64,000 nt of DNA from NCBI GenBank assembly GCA_964016885.1, contig OZ024741.1:261392001-261456000 (forward strand), given 5' to 3'. This DNA comes from Eledone cirrhosa. Its lineage: Eukaryota. Position numbers and translations under genes: made by a program. The notes under the pieces are model-generated. The model made no database searches. It worked only from the letters and a program-made list of their open reading frames with translations, and was not told the origin of the DNA. Shown one piece after another: positions 41,301 through 54,871 of this stretch (position 1 is the stretch's first letter; every line of letters begins with the position of its first letter).

Positions 41301-42773
41301 CGAGTGTTCTGACATACGAGTGTTCTGACTTACGAGCGTTCTGACTTACGAGTGTTCCGACTTACGAGTGTTTCGGCTTACGAGTGTTTCGACTTACGAG
41401 TGTTCTGACTTACGAGTGTTCCGACTTACGAGCGTTCCGACTTACGAGTGTTTCGGCTTACAAGTGTTCCGTCTTACGAGTGTTTCGACTTACGAGTGTT
41501 TCGACTTACGAGTGTTTTGACTTACGAGTGTTTCGACTTACGAGTGTTAAGACTTACGGGTGTTTTGACATACGAGTGTTTCGATACGAGTGTTTCGACT
41601 TATGAGTGTTACGAGTGTTCTGACTTACGGGTGTTTCGACTTACGAGTGTTTCGACTTACGAGTGTTTCGAGTTACGAGTGTTTCGACTTACGAGTCTTT
41701 TGACTTACGAATGTTCTGACTTACGGGTGTTTCGGCTTACGAGTGTTTCGACTTACGAGTGTTTTAACTTACGGGTGTTTCGACTTACGAGTGTTTCGGC
41801 TTACGATTGTTTTGACTTACGATTGTTTCGACTACGAATGTTCCGACTTACGAGTGTTTCGACTTACGAGTGTTTTGACTTGCGAGTATTCTAACTTACG
41901 GGTGTTCCGACTTACGAGTGTTTCGGCTTACGATTGTTTTGACTTACGATTGTTTGGCTTACGAATGTTTCGACTTACGAGTGTTTCGACTTACGAGTGT
42001 TTTGACTTACGGTGATTCGGCTTACGAGTGTTTCGACTTACGAGTGTTTTGACTTACGGGTGTTTTGACATACGAGTGTTTCGATACGAGTGTTCTGACT
42101 TACGAGTGTTCTGACTTACGAGTGTTCTGACTTACGGGTGTTCTGACTTACGAGTGTTCCGACTTACGAGTGTTTCGACTTACGAGTGTTATGACTTACG
42201 GGTGTTTTGACATACGAGTGTTTCGATACGAGTGTTTCGACTTACGAGTGTTTTGACTTACGGGTGTTTTGACATACGAGTGTTTCGATACGAGTGTTCT
42301 GACTTACGAGTGTTTTGACTTACGAGTGTTCTGACTTACGAGTGTTCTGACTTACGAGTGTTCTGACTTACGAGTGTTCCGACTTACGAGTGATCTGATT
42401 TACGAGTGTTCCTACTTACGAGTGTTTCGACTTACGAGTGTTTCGACTTGCGAGTGTTTCGACTTACGAGTGTTTCGACTTACGAGCGTTCTGACTTACG
42501 AGTGTTCTGACTTACGAGTGTTCTGACTTACGAGTGTTCCGACTTACGAGTGTTTCGACTTACGAGTGTTTAAACTTACGAATGTTCTGACTTATGGGTG
42601 TTTCGCCTTACGAGTGTTTCGACTTACGAGTGTTTTAACTTACGGGTGTTTCGACTTACGCGTGTTTCGACTTACGAGTGTTTCGACTTACGAGTGTTTC
42701 GACTTACGAATGTTCCGACTTACGAGTATTTCTACTTACGAGTGTTTCGGCTTACGAGTGTTTCGACTTACGA

Positions 42774-42842
42774 AAATAACAAATAGACGCGGTTTCAAAT
42801 ATCTATGCTTTTCAAATTCGTTACATTAATCTTTATTTATAC
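42774..42842. repeat. 69-bp linker, copy 18
   Basis: TTCGTT variant; copy 11 plus 17199. Confidence 0.95.
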
Positions 42843-43116
42843 GTTTCGCTTTACGAGTGTTTCGGCGTACGAGTGTTTCGACTTACGAGTGTTTTAACTT
42901 ACGGTTGTTTCGACTTACGCGTGTTTCGACTACGAATGTTCCGACTTACGAGTGTTTCGACTTACGAGTGTTTCGACTTACGAGTGTTTCGACTTACGAG
43001 TGTTTCGGCTTACGAGTGTTTCAGTGTTTCGGCTTACGTGTATTTTGACTTACGAGTGTTTCGACTTACGAGTGTTTCGGCTTACGAGTGTTTCGGCTTA
43101 CGAGTGTTTCGGCTTA

Positions 43117-43853
43117 TATATAAACGTTTCTATTTCCATCGTTTTATCGTAAACGTTTATATATTTCCATCGTTATATCATAACGTTTATATTTCCGTCA
43201 CTAATCTCTTTTTCTCCTTTTCCGTTTTAACATATATTTATTTCAAAGATTTCACCGTATAGATAACATATATATTTATACATGCATAAAAGACACACCG
43301 AGAGACGGTGAAAATGTGGTGCCAAAAACATTTCTCATCCAAATCTCAACAATATCCGTATATACACTAGATTTGCTAGCAGAAAACCGCCCACCGGGTG
43401 GTTTTCTGCTATTCTATATATATAAAACTGAGGATGTCTGTCTGTGTGTGAGTTTGAATCCCTAAAACTCGAGAACCACCCAACCGACTGTTTTCAAACT
43501 TTACACATGTAATACTTATGTTTCAGGGAGTGTTAGAGCAAAAAATATTTCAAATTTTCAATGCCGTAGGGACCACATTAGGCGATTTAGCGATCTCTCT
43601 CTATAATTCTTAGTCTTTCTCTTTTTAGATAGATACATACATATAACGTCGTGCCCTTATAATATCTGTCTGTATGTCTGGCTGTCTGCATTACGTCACT
43701 TCCCTGAGGATGTCTGTGTGTGTGTGTGTGTCTGTGAGTTTGAATCCCTAAAATGCGTGAAGTACCCAACCGATTTTTTTCAAACTTTACATGTGTATTA
43801 CTTATGTTTCAGGGAGTGTTTGTTATGCACATAAAATTCAACCTTTTGATCTG
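43117..43853. mobile_element. ~737-bp non-satellite insert, copy 2
   Basis: Appears identical to copy 1 at offset 17199, with the same flanks. Confidence 0.65.
43377..43411. other. Inverted repeat/hairpin, copy 2
   Basis: Identical to 26178-26212. Confidence 0.95.
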
Positions 43854-44522
43854 GTGTTTTGACTTACGAGTGTTTCGATACGAGTGTTTCGACTTACGAG
43901 TGTTCTGACTTACGAGTGTTCTGACTTACGAGCGTTCTGACTTACGAGTGTTCCGACTTACGAGTGTTTCGGCTTACGAGTGTTTCGACTTACGAGTGTT
44001 TCGGCTTACGAGTGTTTCGACTTACGAGTGTTCTGACTTACGAGTGTTTCGACTTACGTGCGTTCCGACTTACCAGTGTTTCGGCTTACGAGTGTTCCGA
44101 CTTACGAGTGTTCTGACTTACGAGTGTTCTGACTTACGAGTGTTCTGACTTACGAGTGTTCTGACTTACGGGTGTTCTGACTTACGAGTGTTCCGACTTA
44201 CGAGTGTTTCGGCTTATGAGGGTTTCGACTAACGAGTGCTTCGGTTTACGAGTGTTTCGACCTACGAGTGTTTCGGCTTACGAGTGTTTCGACTTACGAA
44301 TGTTTTGGCTTACGAGTGTTTCGGCTTACGAGTGTTTCGAATTACGAGTGTTTCGACTTACGAGTGTTTTGACTTACGGTGTTTCGGATTACGAGTGTTT
44401 CGACTTAAGAGTGGTTTAACTTACGGGTGTTTCGACTTACGCGTGTTTCGACTTACGAATGTTGCGACTTACGAGTGTTTCGACATACGAGTGTTTCGGC
44501 TTACGAGTGTTTCGACTTACGA

Positions 44523-44591
44523 AAATAACAAGTAGACGCGGTTTCAAATATCTATGCTTTTCACATTCATTACATTAATCTTTATTTATAC
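44523..44591. repeat. 69-bp linker, copy 19
   Basis: CAAGT plus TTCACATTC; copy 12 plus 17199. Confidence 0.95.
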
Positions 44592-46186
44592 GTTTAGCTT
44601 TACGAGTGTTTCGGCGTACGAGTGTTTCGACTTACGAGTGTTTTGACTTACGTGTGTTCCGACTTACGAGCGTTCCGACTTATGAGTGTTTCGGCTTACG
44701 AGTGTTCCGACTTACGAGTGTTTTGACTTACGGGTGTTTCGGCTTACGAGTGTTTCGACTTACGAGTGTTCTGACTTACGAGTGTTCCGACTTACGAGCG
44801 TTCCGACTTATGAGTGTTTCGGCTTACGAGTGTTCCGACTTACGAGTGTTTCGACTTACGAGTGTTTTGACTTACGGTGTTTCTGCTTACGAGTGTTTCG
44901 ACTTACGAGTGTTATGACTTACGGGTGTTTTGACATACGAGTGTTTCGATACGAGTGTTTCGACTTACGAGTTTTACGAGTGTTCTGACTTTCGAGTGTT
45001 TCGACTTACGAGTGTTCTGACCTACGAGTGTTCTGACTTACGCGTGTTTCGACTTACGAGTGTTTTGACTTACGGGTGTTTCGACTTACGAGTGTTTCGA
45101 CTTACGAGTGTTTCGACTTACGAGTGTTTTGACTTACGAATGTTCTGACTTAAGGGTGTTTCGGCTTACGAGTGTTTCGACTTACGAGTGTTTTAACTTA
45201 CGGGTGTTTCGACTTACGCGTGTTTCGACTACGAATGTTCCGACTTACGAGTGTTTCGACTTACGAGTGTTTCGACTTACGAGTGCTTTGACTTACGAAT
45301 GTTTTGACTTACTTCGACTTTCGAGTGTTCCTACTTACGAGTGTTTCGACTTACGGGTGTTTCGACTTGCGAGTGTTTCGACTTACGAGTGTTTCGGCTT
45401 ACGAGTGTTTCAGTGTTTCGGCTTACGTGTGTTTCGACTTACGAGTGTTTCGACTTACGAGTGTTTCGGTTTATGAGTGTTTCGACTTACGAGTGCTTCG
45501 GCTTACGAGTGTTTCGACTTACGAGTGTTTCGGCTTACGAGTGTTTCGACGTACGAATGTTTTGGCTTACGAGTGTTTCGACTTACGAGTGTTCTGACTT
45601 ACGAGTGTTCCGACTTACGAGCGTTCCGACTTACGAGTGTTTCGACTTACGAGTGTTAAGACTTACGGGTGTTTTGACATACGAGTGTTTCGATACGAGT
45701 GTTTCGACTTACGAATGTTACGAGTGTTCTGACTTACGAGTGTTTCGACTTACGTGCGTTCCGACTTACGAGTGTTTCGGCTTACGAGTGTTCCGACTTA
45801 CGAGTGTTCTGACTTACGAGTGTTCTGACTTACGAGTGTTCTGACTTACGAGTGTTCTGACTTACGGGTGTTCTGACTTACGAGTGTTCCGACTTACGAG
45901 TGTTTCGGCTTATGAGGGTTTCGACTAACGAGTGCTTCGGTTTACGAGTGTTTCGACCTACGAGTGTTTCGGCTTACGAGTGTTTCGACTTACGAATGTT
46001 TTGGCTTACGAGTGTTTCGGCTTACAAGTGTTTCGAATTACGAGTGTTTCGACTTACGAGTGTTTTGACTTACGGTGTTTCGGATTACGAGTGTTTCGAC
46101 TTAAGAGTGTTTTAACTTACGGGTGTTTCGACTTACGAGTGTTTCGACATACGAGTGTTTCGGCTTACGAGTGTTTCGACTTACGA

Positions 46187-46255
46187 AAATAACAAGTAGA
46201 CGCGGTTTCAAATATCTATGCTTTTCACATTCATTACATTAATCTTTATTTATAC
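46187..46255. repeat. 69-bp linker, copy 20
   Basis: Same variant as copy 19. Confidence 0.95.
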
Positions 46256-49200
46256 GTTTAGCTTTACGAGTGTTTCGGCGTACGAGTGTTTCGACTTACG
46301 AGTGTTTTGACTTACGTGTGTTTCGGCTTACGAGTGTTTTGACTTACGAGTGTTTTGACTTACGGGTGTTTCGGCTTACGAGTGTTTCGACTTACGAGTG
46401 TTCTGACTTACGAGTGTTCCGACTTACGGGCGTTCCGACTTATGAGTGTTTCGGCTTACGAGTGTTCCGACTTACGAGTGTTTCGACTTACGAGTGTTTT
46501 GACTTACGGTGTTTCTGCTTACGAGTGTTTCGACTTACGAGTGTTATGACTTACGGGTGTTTTGACATACGAGTGTTTCGATACGAGTGTTTCGACTTAC
46601 GAGTTTTACGAGTGTTCTGACTTTCGAGTGTTTCGACTTACGAGTGTTCTGACCTACGAGTGTTCTGACTTACGCGTGTTTCGACTTACGAGTGTTTTGA
46701 CTTACGGGTGTTTCGACTTACGAGTGTTTCGACTTACGAGTGTTTCGACTTACGAGTGTTTTGACTTACGAATGTTCTGACTTAAGGGTGTTTCGGCTTA
46801 CGAGTGTTTCGACTTACGAGTGTTTTAACTTACGGGTGTTTCGACTTACGCGTGTTTCGACTACGAATGTTCCGACTTACGAGTGTTTCGACTTACGAGT
46901 GTTTCGACTTACGAGTGCTTTGACTTACGAATGTTTTGACTTACTTCGACTTTCGAGTGTTCCTACTTACGAGTGTTTCGACTTACGGGTGTTTCGACTT
47001 GCGAGTGTTTCGACTTACGAGTGTTTCGGCTTACGAGTGTTTCAGTGTTTCGGCTTACGTGTGTTTCGACTTACGAGTGTTTCGACTTACGAGTGTTTCG
47101 GCTTATGAGTGTTTCGACTTACGAGTGCTTCGGCTTACGAGTGTTTCGACTTACGAGTGTTTCGGCTTACGAGTGTTTCGACGTACGAATGTTTTGGCTT
47201 ACGAGTGTTTCGACTTACGAGTGTTCTGACTTACGAGTGTTCCGACTTACGAGCGTTCCGACTTACGAGTGTTTCGACTTACGAGTGTTAAGACTTACGG
47301 GTGTTTTGACATACGAGTGTTTCGATACGAGTGTTTCGACTTACGAATGTTACGAGTGTTCTGACTTACGAGTGTTTCGACTTACGTGCGTTCCGACTTA
47401 CGAGTGTTTCGGCTTACGAGTGTTCCGACTTACGAGTGTTCTGACTTACGAGTGTTCTGACTTACGATTGTTCTGACTTACGAGCGTTCTGACTTACGAG
47501 TGTTCCGACTTACGAGTGTTTCGGCTTACGAGTGTTTCGACTTACGAGTGTTCTGACTTACGAGCGTTCCGACTTACGAGCGTTCCAACTTACGAGTGTT
47601 TCGGCTTACAAGTGTTCCGTCTTACGAGTGTTTCGACTTACGAGTGTTTCGACTTACGAGTGTTTTGACTTACGAGTGTTTTGACTTACGGTGTTTCTGC
47701 TTACGAGTGTTTCGACTTACGAGTGTTAAGACTTACGGGTGTTTTGACTACGAGCGTTTCGATACGAGTGTTTCGACTTATGAGTGTTACGAGTGTTCTG
47801 ACTTACGGGTGTTTCGACTTACGAGTGTTTCGACTTACGAGTGTTTTGACTTACGAATGTTCTGACTTACGGGTGTTTCGGCTTACGAGTGTTTCGACTT
47901 ACGAGTGTTTTAACTTACGGGTGTTTCGACTTACACGTGTTTCGAATTGCGAGTGTTTCGACTTACGAGTGTTTCGACTACGAATGTTCCGACTTACGAG
48001 TGTTTCGACTTACGAGTGTTTCGACTTACGAGTATTCTAACTTACGGGTGTTCCGACTTACGAGTGTTTCGGCTTACGATTGTTTTGACTTACGATTGTT
48101 TGGCTTACGAATGTTTCGACTTACGAGTGTTTCGACTTACGAGTGTTTTGACTTACGGTGTTTCTGCTTACGAGTGTTAAGACTTACGGGTGGTTTGACA
48201 TACGAGTGTTTCGATACGAGTGTTTCGACTTACGAGTGTTACGAGTGTTCTGACATACGAGTGTTTCGACTTACGAGTGTTCTGACCTACAAGTGTTCTG
48301 ACTTACGAGTGTTTCGACTTACGATTGTTTTTTTCCCTTACGGGTGTTTCGACTTACGCGTGTTTCGATTTACAAGTGTTTAGACTTACGAGTGTTTCGA
48401 CTACGAATGTTCCGACTTACGAGTGTTTCGACTTACGAGTGTTTCGACTTACGGGTGTTCCGACTTACGAGTGTTTCGGCTTACGATTGTTTCGAGTTAC
48501 GAGTGTTTCGGTTTACGTGTGTTTCGACTTACGGTGTTTCGGCTTACGAGTGTTTTGACTTACGAGTGTTTTGACTTACGGGTGTTTTGACATACGAGTG
48601 TTTCGATACGAGTGTTCTGACTTACGAGTGTTCTGACTTACGAGTGTTCTGACTTACGAGTGTTCTGACTTACGAGTGGTCTGACTTACGGGTGTTCTGA
48701 CTTACGAGTGTTCCGACTTACGAGTGTTTCAGCTTATGAGTGTTTCGACTTACGAGTGCTTCGGTTTACGAGTGTTTCGACTTACGAGTGTTTCGGCTTA
48801 CGAGTGTTTCTACTTACGAATGTTTTGGCTTACGAGTATTTCGGCTTACGAGTGTTTCGGCTTATGATTGTTTCGACTTACGAGTGTTTTGACTTATGGT
48901 GTTTCGGCTTACGAGTGTTTCGACATACGAGTCTTTTGACTTACGGGTGTTTCGACTTACGGGTGTTTCGACGTAAGAGTGTTTCGACTTACGAGCGCTT
49001 CGACATACGAGTGTTTCGACTTACGAGTGTTTCGGCGTACGAGTGTTATGACTTACGAGTGTTTCGACTTACGAGTGCTTTGACTTACGAATGTTTTGAA
49101 TTACTTCGACTTACGAGTGATCTGACTTACGAGTGTTCCGACTTACGAGTGTTTCGACTTACGAGTGTTTCGACTTGCGAGTGTTTCGACTTACGAGTGT

Positions 49201-50663
49201 TTTGACTAACGAATGTTCTGACTTACGGGTGTTTCGCCTTACGAGTCTTTCGACTTACGAGTGTTTTAACTTACGGGTGTTTCGACTTACGCGTGTTTCG
49301 ACTTACGAGTGTTTCGACTTACGAGTGTTTCGACTTACGAATGTTCCGACTTACGAGTTTTTCTACTTACGAGTGTTTCGGCTTACGAGTGTTTCGACCT
49401 TACGAGTGTTCTGACTACGAGTGTTCTGACTTACGAGTGTTCTTACTTACGAGTGTTCCGACTTACGAGTGTTTCAGCTTATGAGTGTTTCGACTTACGA
49501 GTGCTTCGGTTTACGAGTGTTTCGACTTACGAGTGTTCTGACTTACGAGTGTTCCGACTTACGAGAGTTCCGACTTACGAGTGTTTCGACTTACGAGTGT
49601 TAAGACTTACGGGTGTTTTGACATACGAGTGTTTCGATACGAGTGTTTCGACTTACGAGTGTTACGAGAGTTCTGACTTACGAGTGTTCTGACTTACGAG
49701 TGTTCTGACTTACGAGTGTTCTGACTTACGAGTGTTCTGACATACGAGTGTTCTGACTTACGAGCGTTCTGACTTACGAGTGTTCCGACTTACGAGTGTT
49801 TCGGCTTACGAGTGTTTCGACTTACGAGTGTTCTGACGTACGACTGTTCCGACTTACGAGCGTTCCGACTTACGAGTGTTTCGGCTTACAAGTGTTCCGT
49901 CTTACGAGTGTTTCGACTTACGAGTGTTTCGACTTACGAGTGTTTTGACTTACGAGTGTTTTGACTTACGGTGTTTCTGCTTACGAGTGTTTCGACTTAC
50001 GAGTGTTAAGACTTACGCGTGTTACGAGTGTTCTGACTTACGGGTGTTTCCACTTACGAGTGTTTCGACTTACGAGTGTTTCGAGTTACGAGTGTTTCGA
50101 CTTACGAGTGTTTTGACTTAAGAATGTTCTGACTTACGAGTGTTTCGACTTACGAGTGTTTCGACTTACGAGTATTCTAACTTACGGGTGTTCCGACTTA
50201 CGAGTGTTTCGGCTTACGATTGTTTTGACTTACGATTGTTTGGCTTACGAATGTTTCGACTTACGAGTGTTTCGACTTACGAGTGTTTTGACTTACGGTG
50301 ATTCGGCTTCCGAGTGTTTCGACTTACGAGTGTTTTGACTTACGGGTGTTTTGACATACGAGTGTTTCGATACGAGTGTTCTGACTTACGAGTGTTCTGA
50401 CTTACGAGTGTTCTGACTTACGGGTGTTCTGACTTACGAGTGTTCCGACTTACGAGTGTTTCGGCTTATGAGGGTTTCGACTTACGAGTGCTTCGGCTTA
50501 CGAGTGTTTCGACTTACGAGTGTTTCGGCTTACGAGTGTTTCGACTTACGAATGTTTTGGCTTACGAGTGTTTCGGCTTACGAGTGTTTCGAATTACGAG
50601 TGTTTCGACTTACGAGTGTTTCGACTTACGAGTGTTTCGGCTTACGAGTGTTTCGACTTACGA

Positions 50664-50732
50664 AAATAACAAGTAGACGCGGTTTCAAATATCTATGCTT
50701 TTCAAATTCATTACATTAATCTTTATTTATAC
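50664..50732. repeat. 69-bp linker, copy 21
   Basis: CAAGT; followed by TTTTCGC instead of GTTTCGC. Confidence 0.95.
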
Positions 50733-53700
50733 TTTTCGCTTTACGAGTGTTTCGGCGTACGAGCGTTTCGACTTACGAGTGTTTTGACTTACGTGTGTTT
50801 CGGCTTACGAGTGTTTTGACTTACGAGTGTTTCGACTTACGAGTGTTCTGACTTACGAGTGTTCCGACTTACGAGCGTTCCGACTTACGAGTGTTTCGGC
50901 TTACGAGTGTTCTGACTTACGAGTGTTCTGACTTACGAGTGTTCTGACTTACGAGTGGTCTGACTTACGGGTGTTCCGACTTACGAGCGTTCCGACTTAC
51001 GTGTGTTTCGGTTTACGAGTGTTCTGACTTACGAGTGTTCTGACTTACAAGTGTTCTGACTTACGAGTGGTCTGACTTACGGGTGTTCTGACTTACGAGT
51101 GTTCCGACTTACGAGTGTTTCAGCTTATGAGTGTTTCGACTTACGAGTGCTTCGGTTTACGAGTGTTTCGACTTACGAGTGTTTCGGCTTACGAGTGTTT
51201 CGACTTACGAATGTTTTGGCTTACGGGTGTTTCGGCTTACGAGTGTTTCGGCTTATGAGTGTTTCGACTTACGAGTGTTTTGACTTATGGTGTTTCGGCT
51301 TACGAGTGTTTCGACATACGAGTGTTTTGACTTACGGGTGTTTCGACTTACGGGTGTTTCGACGTAAGAGTGTTTCGACTTACGAGCGCTTCGACTTACG
51401 AGTGTTTCGACTTACGAGTGTTTCGGCGTACGAGTGTTTTGACTTACGAGTGTTTCGACTTACGAGTGTTTCGACTTACGAGTGCTTTGACTTACGAATG
51501 TTTTGAATTACTTCGACTTACGAGTGATCTGACTTACGAGTGTTCCTACTTACGAGTGTTCCTACTTACGAGTGTTTCAACTTACGAGTGTTTCGACTTA
51601 CGCGTGTTTCGGCTTACGAGTGTTTCCGGCTTACGAGTGTTTCGACTTACGAGTGTTTTGACTTACGGTGTTTCGGCTTACGAGTGATTCGACTTACGAG
51701 TGTTTTGACTTGCGGGTGTTTTGACTTACGGGTGTTGTGAATTACGAGTGTTCCGATTTACGAGTGTTTCGGCTTATGAGTGTTTCGACTTACGAGTGTT
51801 ACGGCTTACGAGTGTTTCGACTTATGGGTGTTTCGACTTACGAGTGTTTTACTTACGGTGTTTCGGCTTACGAGTGTTTCGACATACGAGTGTTCAGACT
51901 TACGAGTGTTCCGACTTACGAGCGTTCCGACTTACGAGTGTTTCGACTTACGAGTGTTAAGACTTACGGGTGTTTTGACATACGAGTGTTTCGATACGAG
52001 TGTTTCGACTTACGAGTGTTACGAATGTTCTGACTTACGAGTGTTCTGACTTACGAGTGTTCTGACTTACGAGTGTTCTGACTTACGAGCGTTCTGACTT
52101 ACGAGCGTTCTGACTTACGAGTGTTCCGACTTACGAGTGTTTCGGCTTACGAGTGTTTCGACTTACGAGTGTTCTGACTTACGAGTGTTCCGACTAACGA
52201 GCGTTCCGACTTACGAGTGTTTCGGCTTACAAGTGTTCCGACTTACGAGTGTTTCGACTTACGAGTGTTTTGACTTACGGTGTTTCTGCTTACGAGTGTT
52301 TCGACTTACGAGTGTTAGGACTTACGGGTGTTTTGACATACGAGTGTTTCGATACGAGTGTTTCGACTTACGAGTGTTACGAGTGTTCTGACATACGAGT
52401 GTTTCGACTTACGAGTGTTCTGACCTACAAGTGTTCTGACTTACGAGTGTTTCGACTTACGATTGTTTTTTTCACTTACGGGTGTTTCGACTTACGCGTG
52501 TTTCGACTTACGAGTGTTTCGACTTACGAGTGTTTCGACTTGCGAGTGTTTCGACTTACGAGTGTTTCGACTTACGAGTGTTTCGACTTACGGGTGTTCC
52601 GACTTACGAGTGTTTCGGCTTACGATTGTTTCGAGTTACGAGTGTTTCGGTTTACGTGTGTTTCGACTTACGGTGTTTCGGCTTACGAGTGTTTTGACTT
52701 ACGAGTGTTTTGACTTACGGGTGTTTTGACATACGAGTGTTTCGATACGAGTGTTCTGACTTACGAGTGTTCTGACTTACGAGTGTTCTGACTTACGAGT
52801 GTTCTGACTTACGAGTGGTCTGACTTACGGGTGTTCTGACTTACGAGTGTTCCGACTTACGAGTGTTTCAGCTTATGAGTGTTTCGACTTACGAGTGCTT
52901 CGGTTTACGAGTGTTTCGACTTACGAGTGTTTCGGCTTACGAGTGTTTCTACTTACGAATGTTTTGGCTTACGAGTATTTCGGCTTACGAGTGTTTCGGC
53001 TTATGATTGTTTCGACTTACGAGTGTTTTGACTTATGGTGTTTCGGCTTACGAGTGTTTCGACATACGAGTCTTTTGACTTACGGGTGTTTCGACTTACG
53101 GGTGTTTCGACGTAAGAGTGTTTCGACTTACGAGCGCTTCGACATACGAGTGTTTCGACTTACGAGTGTTTCGGCGTACGAGTGTTTTGACTTACGAGTG
53201 TTTCGACTTACGAGTGCTTTGACTTACGAATGTTTTGAATTACTTCGACTTACGAGTGATCTGACTTACGAGTGTTCCGACTTACGAGTGTTTCGACTTA
53301 CGAGTGTTTCGACTTGCGAGTGTTTCGACTTACGAGTGTTTTGACTAACGAATGTTCTGACTTACGGGTGTTTCGCCTTACGAGTCTTTCGACTTACGAG
53401 TGTTTTAACTTACGGGTGTTTCGACTTACGCGTGTTTCGACTTACGAGTGTTTCGACTTACGAGTGTTTCGACTTACGAATGTTCCGACTTACGAGTTTT
53501 TCTACTTACGAGTGTTTCGGCTTACGAGTGTTTCGACCTTACGAGTGTTCTGACTACGAGTGTTCTGACTTACGAGTGTTCTTACTTACGAGTGTTCCGA
53601 CTTACGAGTGTTTCAGCTTATGAGTGTTTCGACTTACGAGTGCTTCGGTTTACGAGTGTTTCGACTTACGAGTGTTCTGACTTACGAGTGTTCCGACTTA

Positions 53701-54802
53701 CGAGAGTTCCGACTTACGAGTGTTTCGACTTACGAGTGTTAAGACTTACGGGTGTTTTGACATACGAGTGTTTCGATACGAGTGTTTCGACTTACGAGTG
53801 TTACGAGAGTTCTGACTTACGAGTGTTCTGACTTACGAGTGTTCTGACTTACGAGTGTTCTGACTTACGAGTGTTCTGACATACGAGTGTTCTGACTTAC
53901 GAGCGTTCTGACTTACGAGTGTTCCGACTTACGAGTGTTTCGGCTTACGAGTGTTTCGACTTACGAGTGTTCTGACGTACGACTGTTCCGACTTACGAGC
54001 GTTCCGACTTACGAGTGTTTCGGCTTACAAGTGTTCCGTCTTACGAGTGTTTCGACTTACGAGTGTTTCGACTTACGAGTGTTTTGACTTACGAGTGTTT
54101 TGACTTACGGTGTTTCTGCTTACGAGTGTTTCGACTTACGAGTGTTAAGACTTACGCGTGTTACGAGTGTTCTGACTTACGGGTGTTTCCACTTACGAGT
54201 GTTTCGACTTACGAGTGTTTCGAGTTACGAGTGTTTCGACTTACGAGTGTTTTGACTTAAGAATGTTCTGACTTACGAGTGTTTCGACTTACGAGTGTTT
54301 CGACTTACGAGTATTCTAACTTACGGGTGTTCCGACTTACGAGTGTTTCGGCTTACGATTGTTTTGACTTACGATTGTTTGGCTTACGAATGTTTCGACT
54401 TACGAGTGTTTCGACTTACGAGTGTTTTGACTTACGGTGATTCGGCTTCCGAGTGTTTCGACTTACGAGTGTTTTGACTTACGGGTGTTTTGACATACGA
54501 GTGTTTCGATACGAGTGTTCTGACTTACGAGTGTTCTGACTTACGAGTGTTCTGACTTACGGGTGTTCTGACTTACGAGTGTTCCGACTTACGAGTGTTT
54601 CGGCTTATGAGGGTTTCGACTTACGAGTGCTTCGGCTTACGAGTGTTTCGACTTACGAGTGTTTCGGCTTACGAGTGTTTCGACTTACGAATGTTTTGGC
54701 TTACGAGTGTTTCGGCTTACGAGTGTTTCGAATTACGAGTGTTTCGACTTACGAGTGTTTCGACTTACGAGTGTTTCGGCTTACGAGTGTTTCGACTTAC
54801 GA

Positions 54803-54871
54803 AAATAACAAGTAGACGCGGTTTCAAATATCTATGCTTTTCAAATTCATTACATTAATCTTTATTTATAC
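54803..54871. repeat. 69-bp linker, copy 22
   Basis: Same as copy 21, offset 4139. Confidence 0.95.

Larger units (their letters stand above)
26655..43116 (+). repeat. 16-bp satellite array, segment 2
   Basis: Same monomer and orientation, lying between copies 1 and 2 of the 737-bp insert. Confidence 0.99.
23365..45744 (+). repeat. Block duplication ~23365-28465 / ~40455-45744 (offset ~17.2 kb), carrying the 737-bp insert
   Basis: Pairs 24185/41384, 25367/42566 and 27037/44236, all at offset 17199. Confidence 0.9.
44030..47465 (+). repeat. Tandem duplication, ~1.63-1.70-kb unit x2
   Basis: Pairs 44204/45900, 44930/46562 and 45341/46973. Confidence 0.85.
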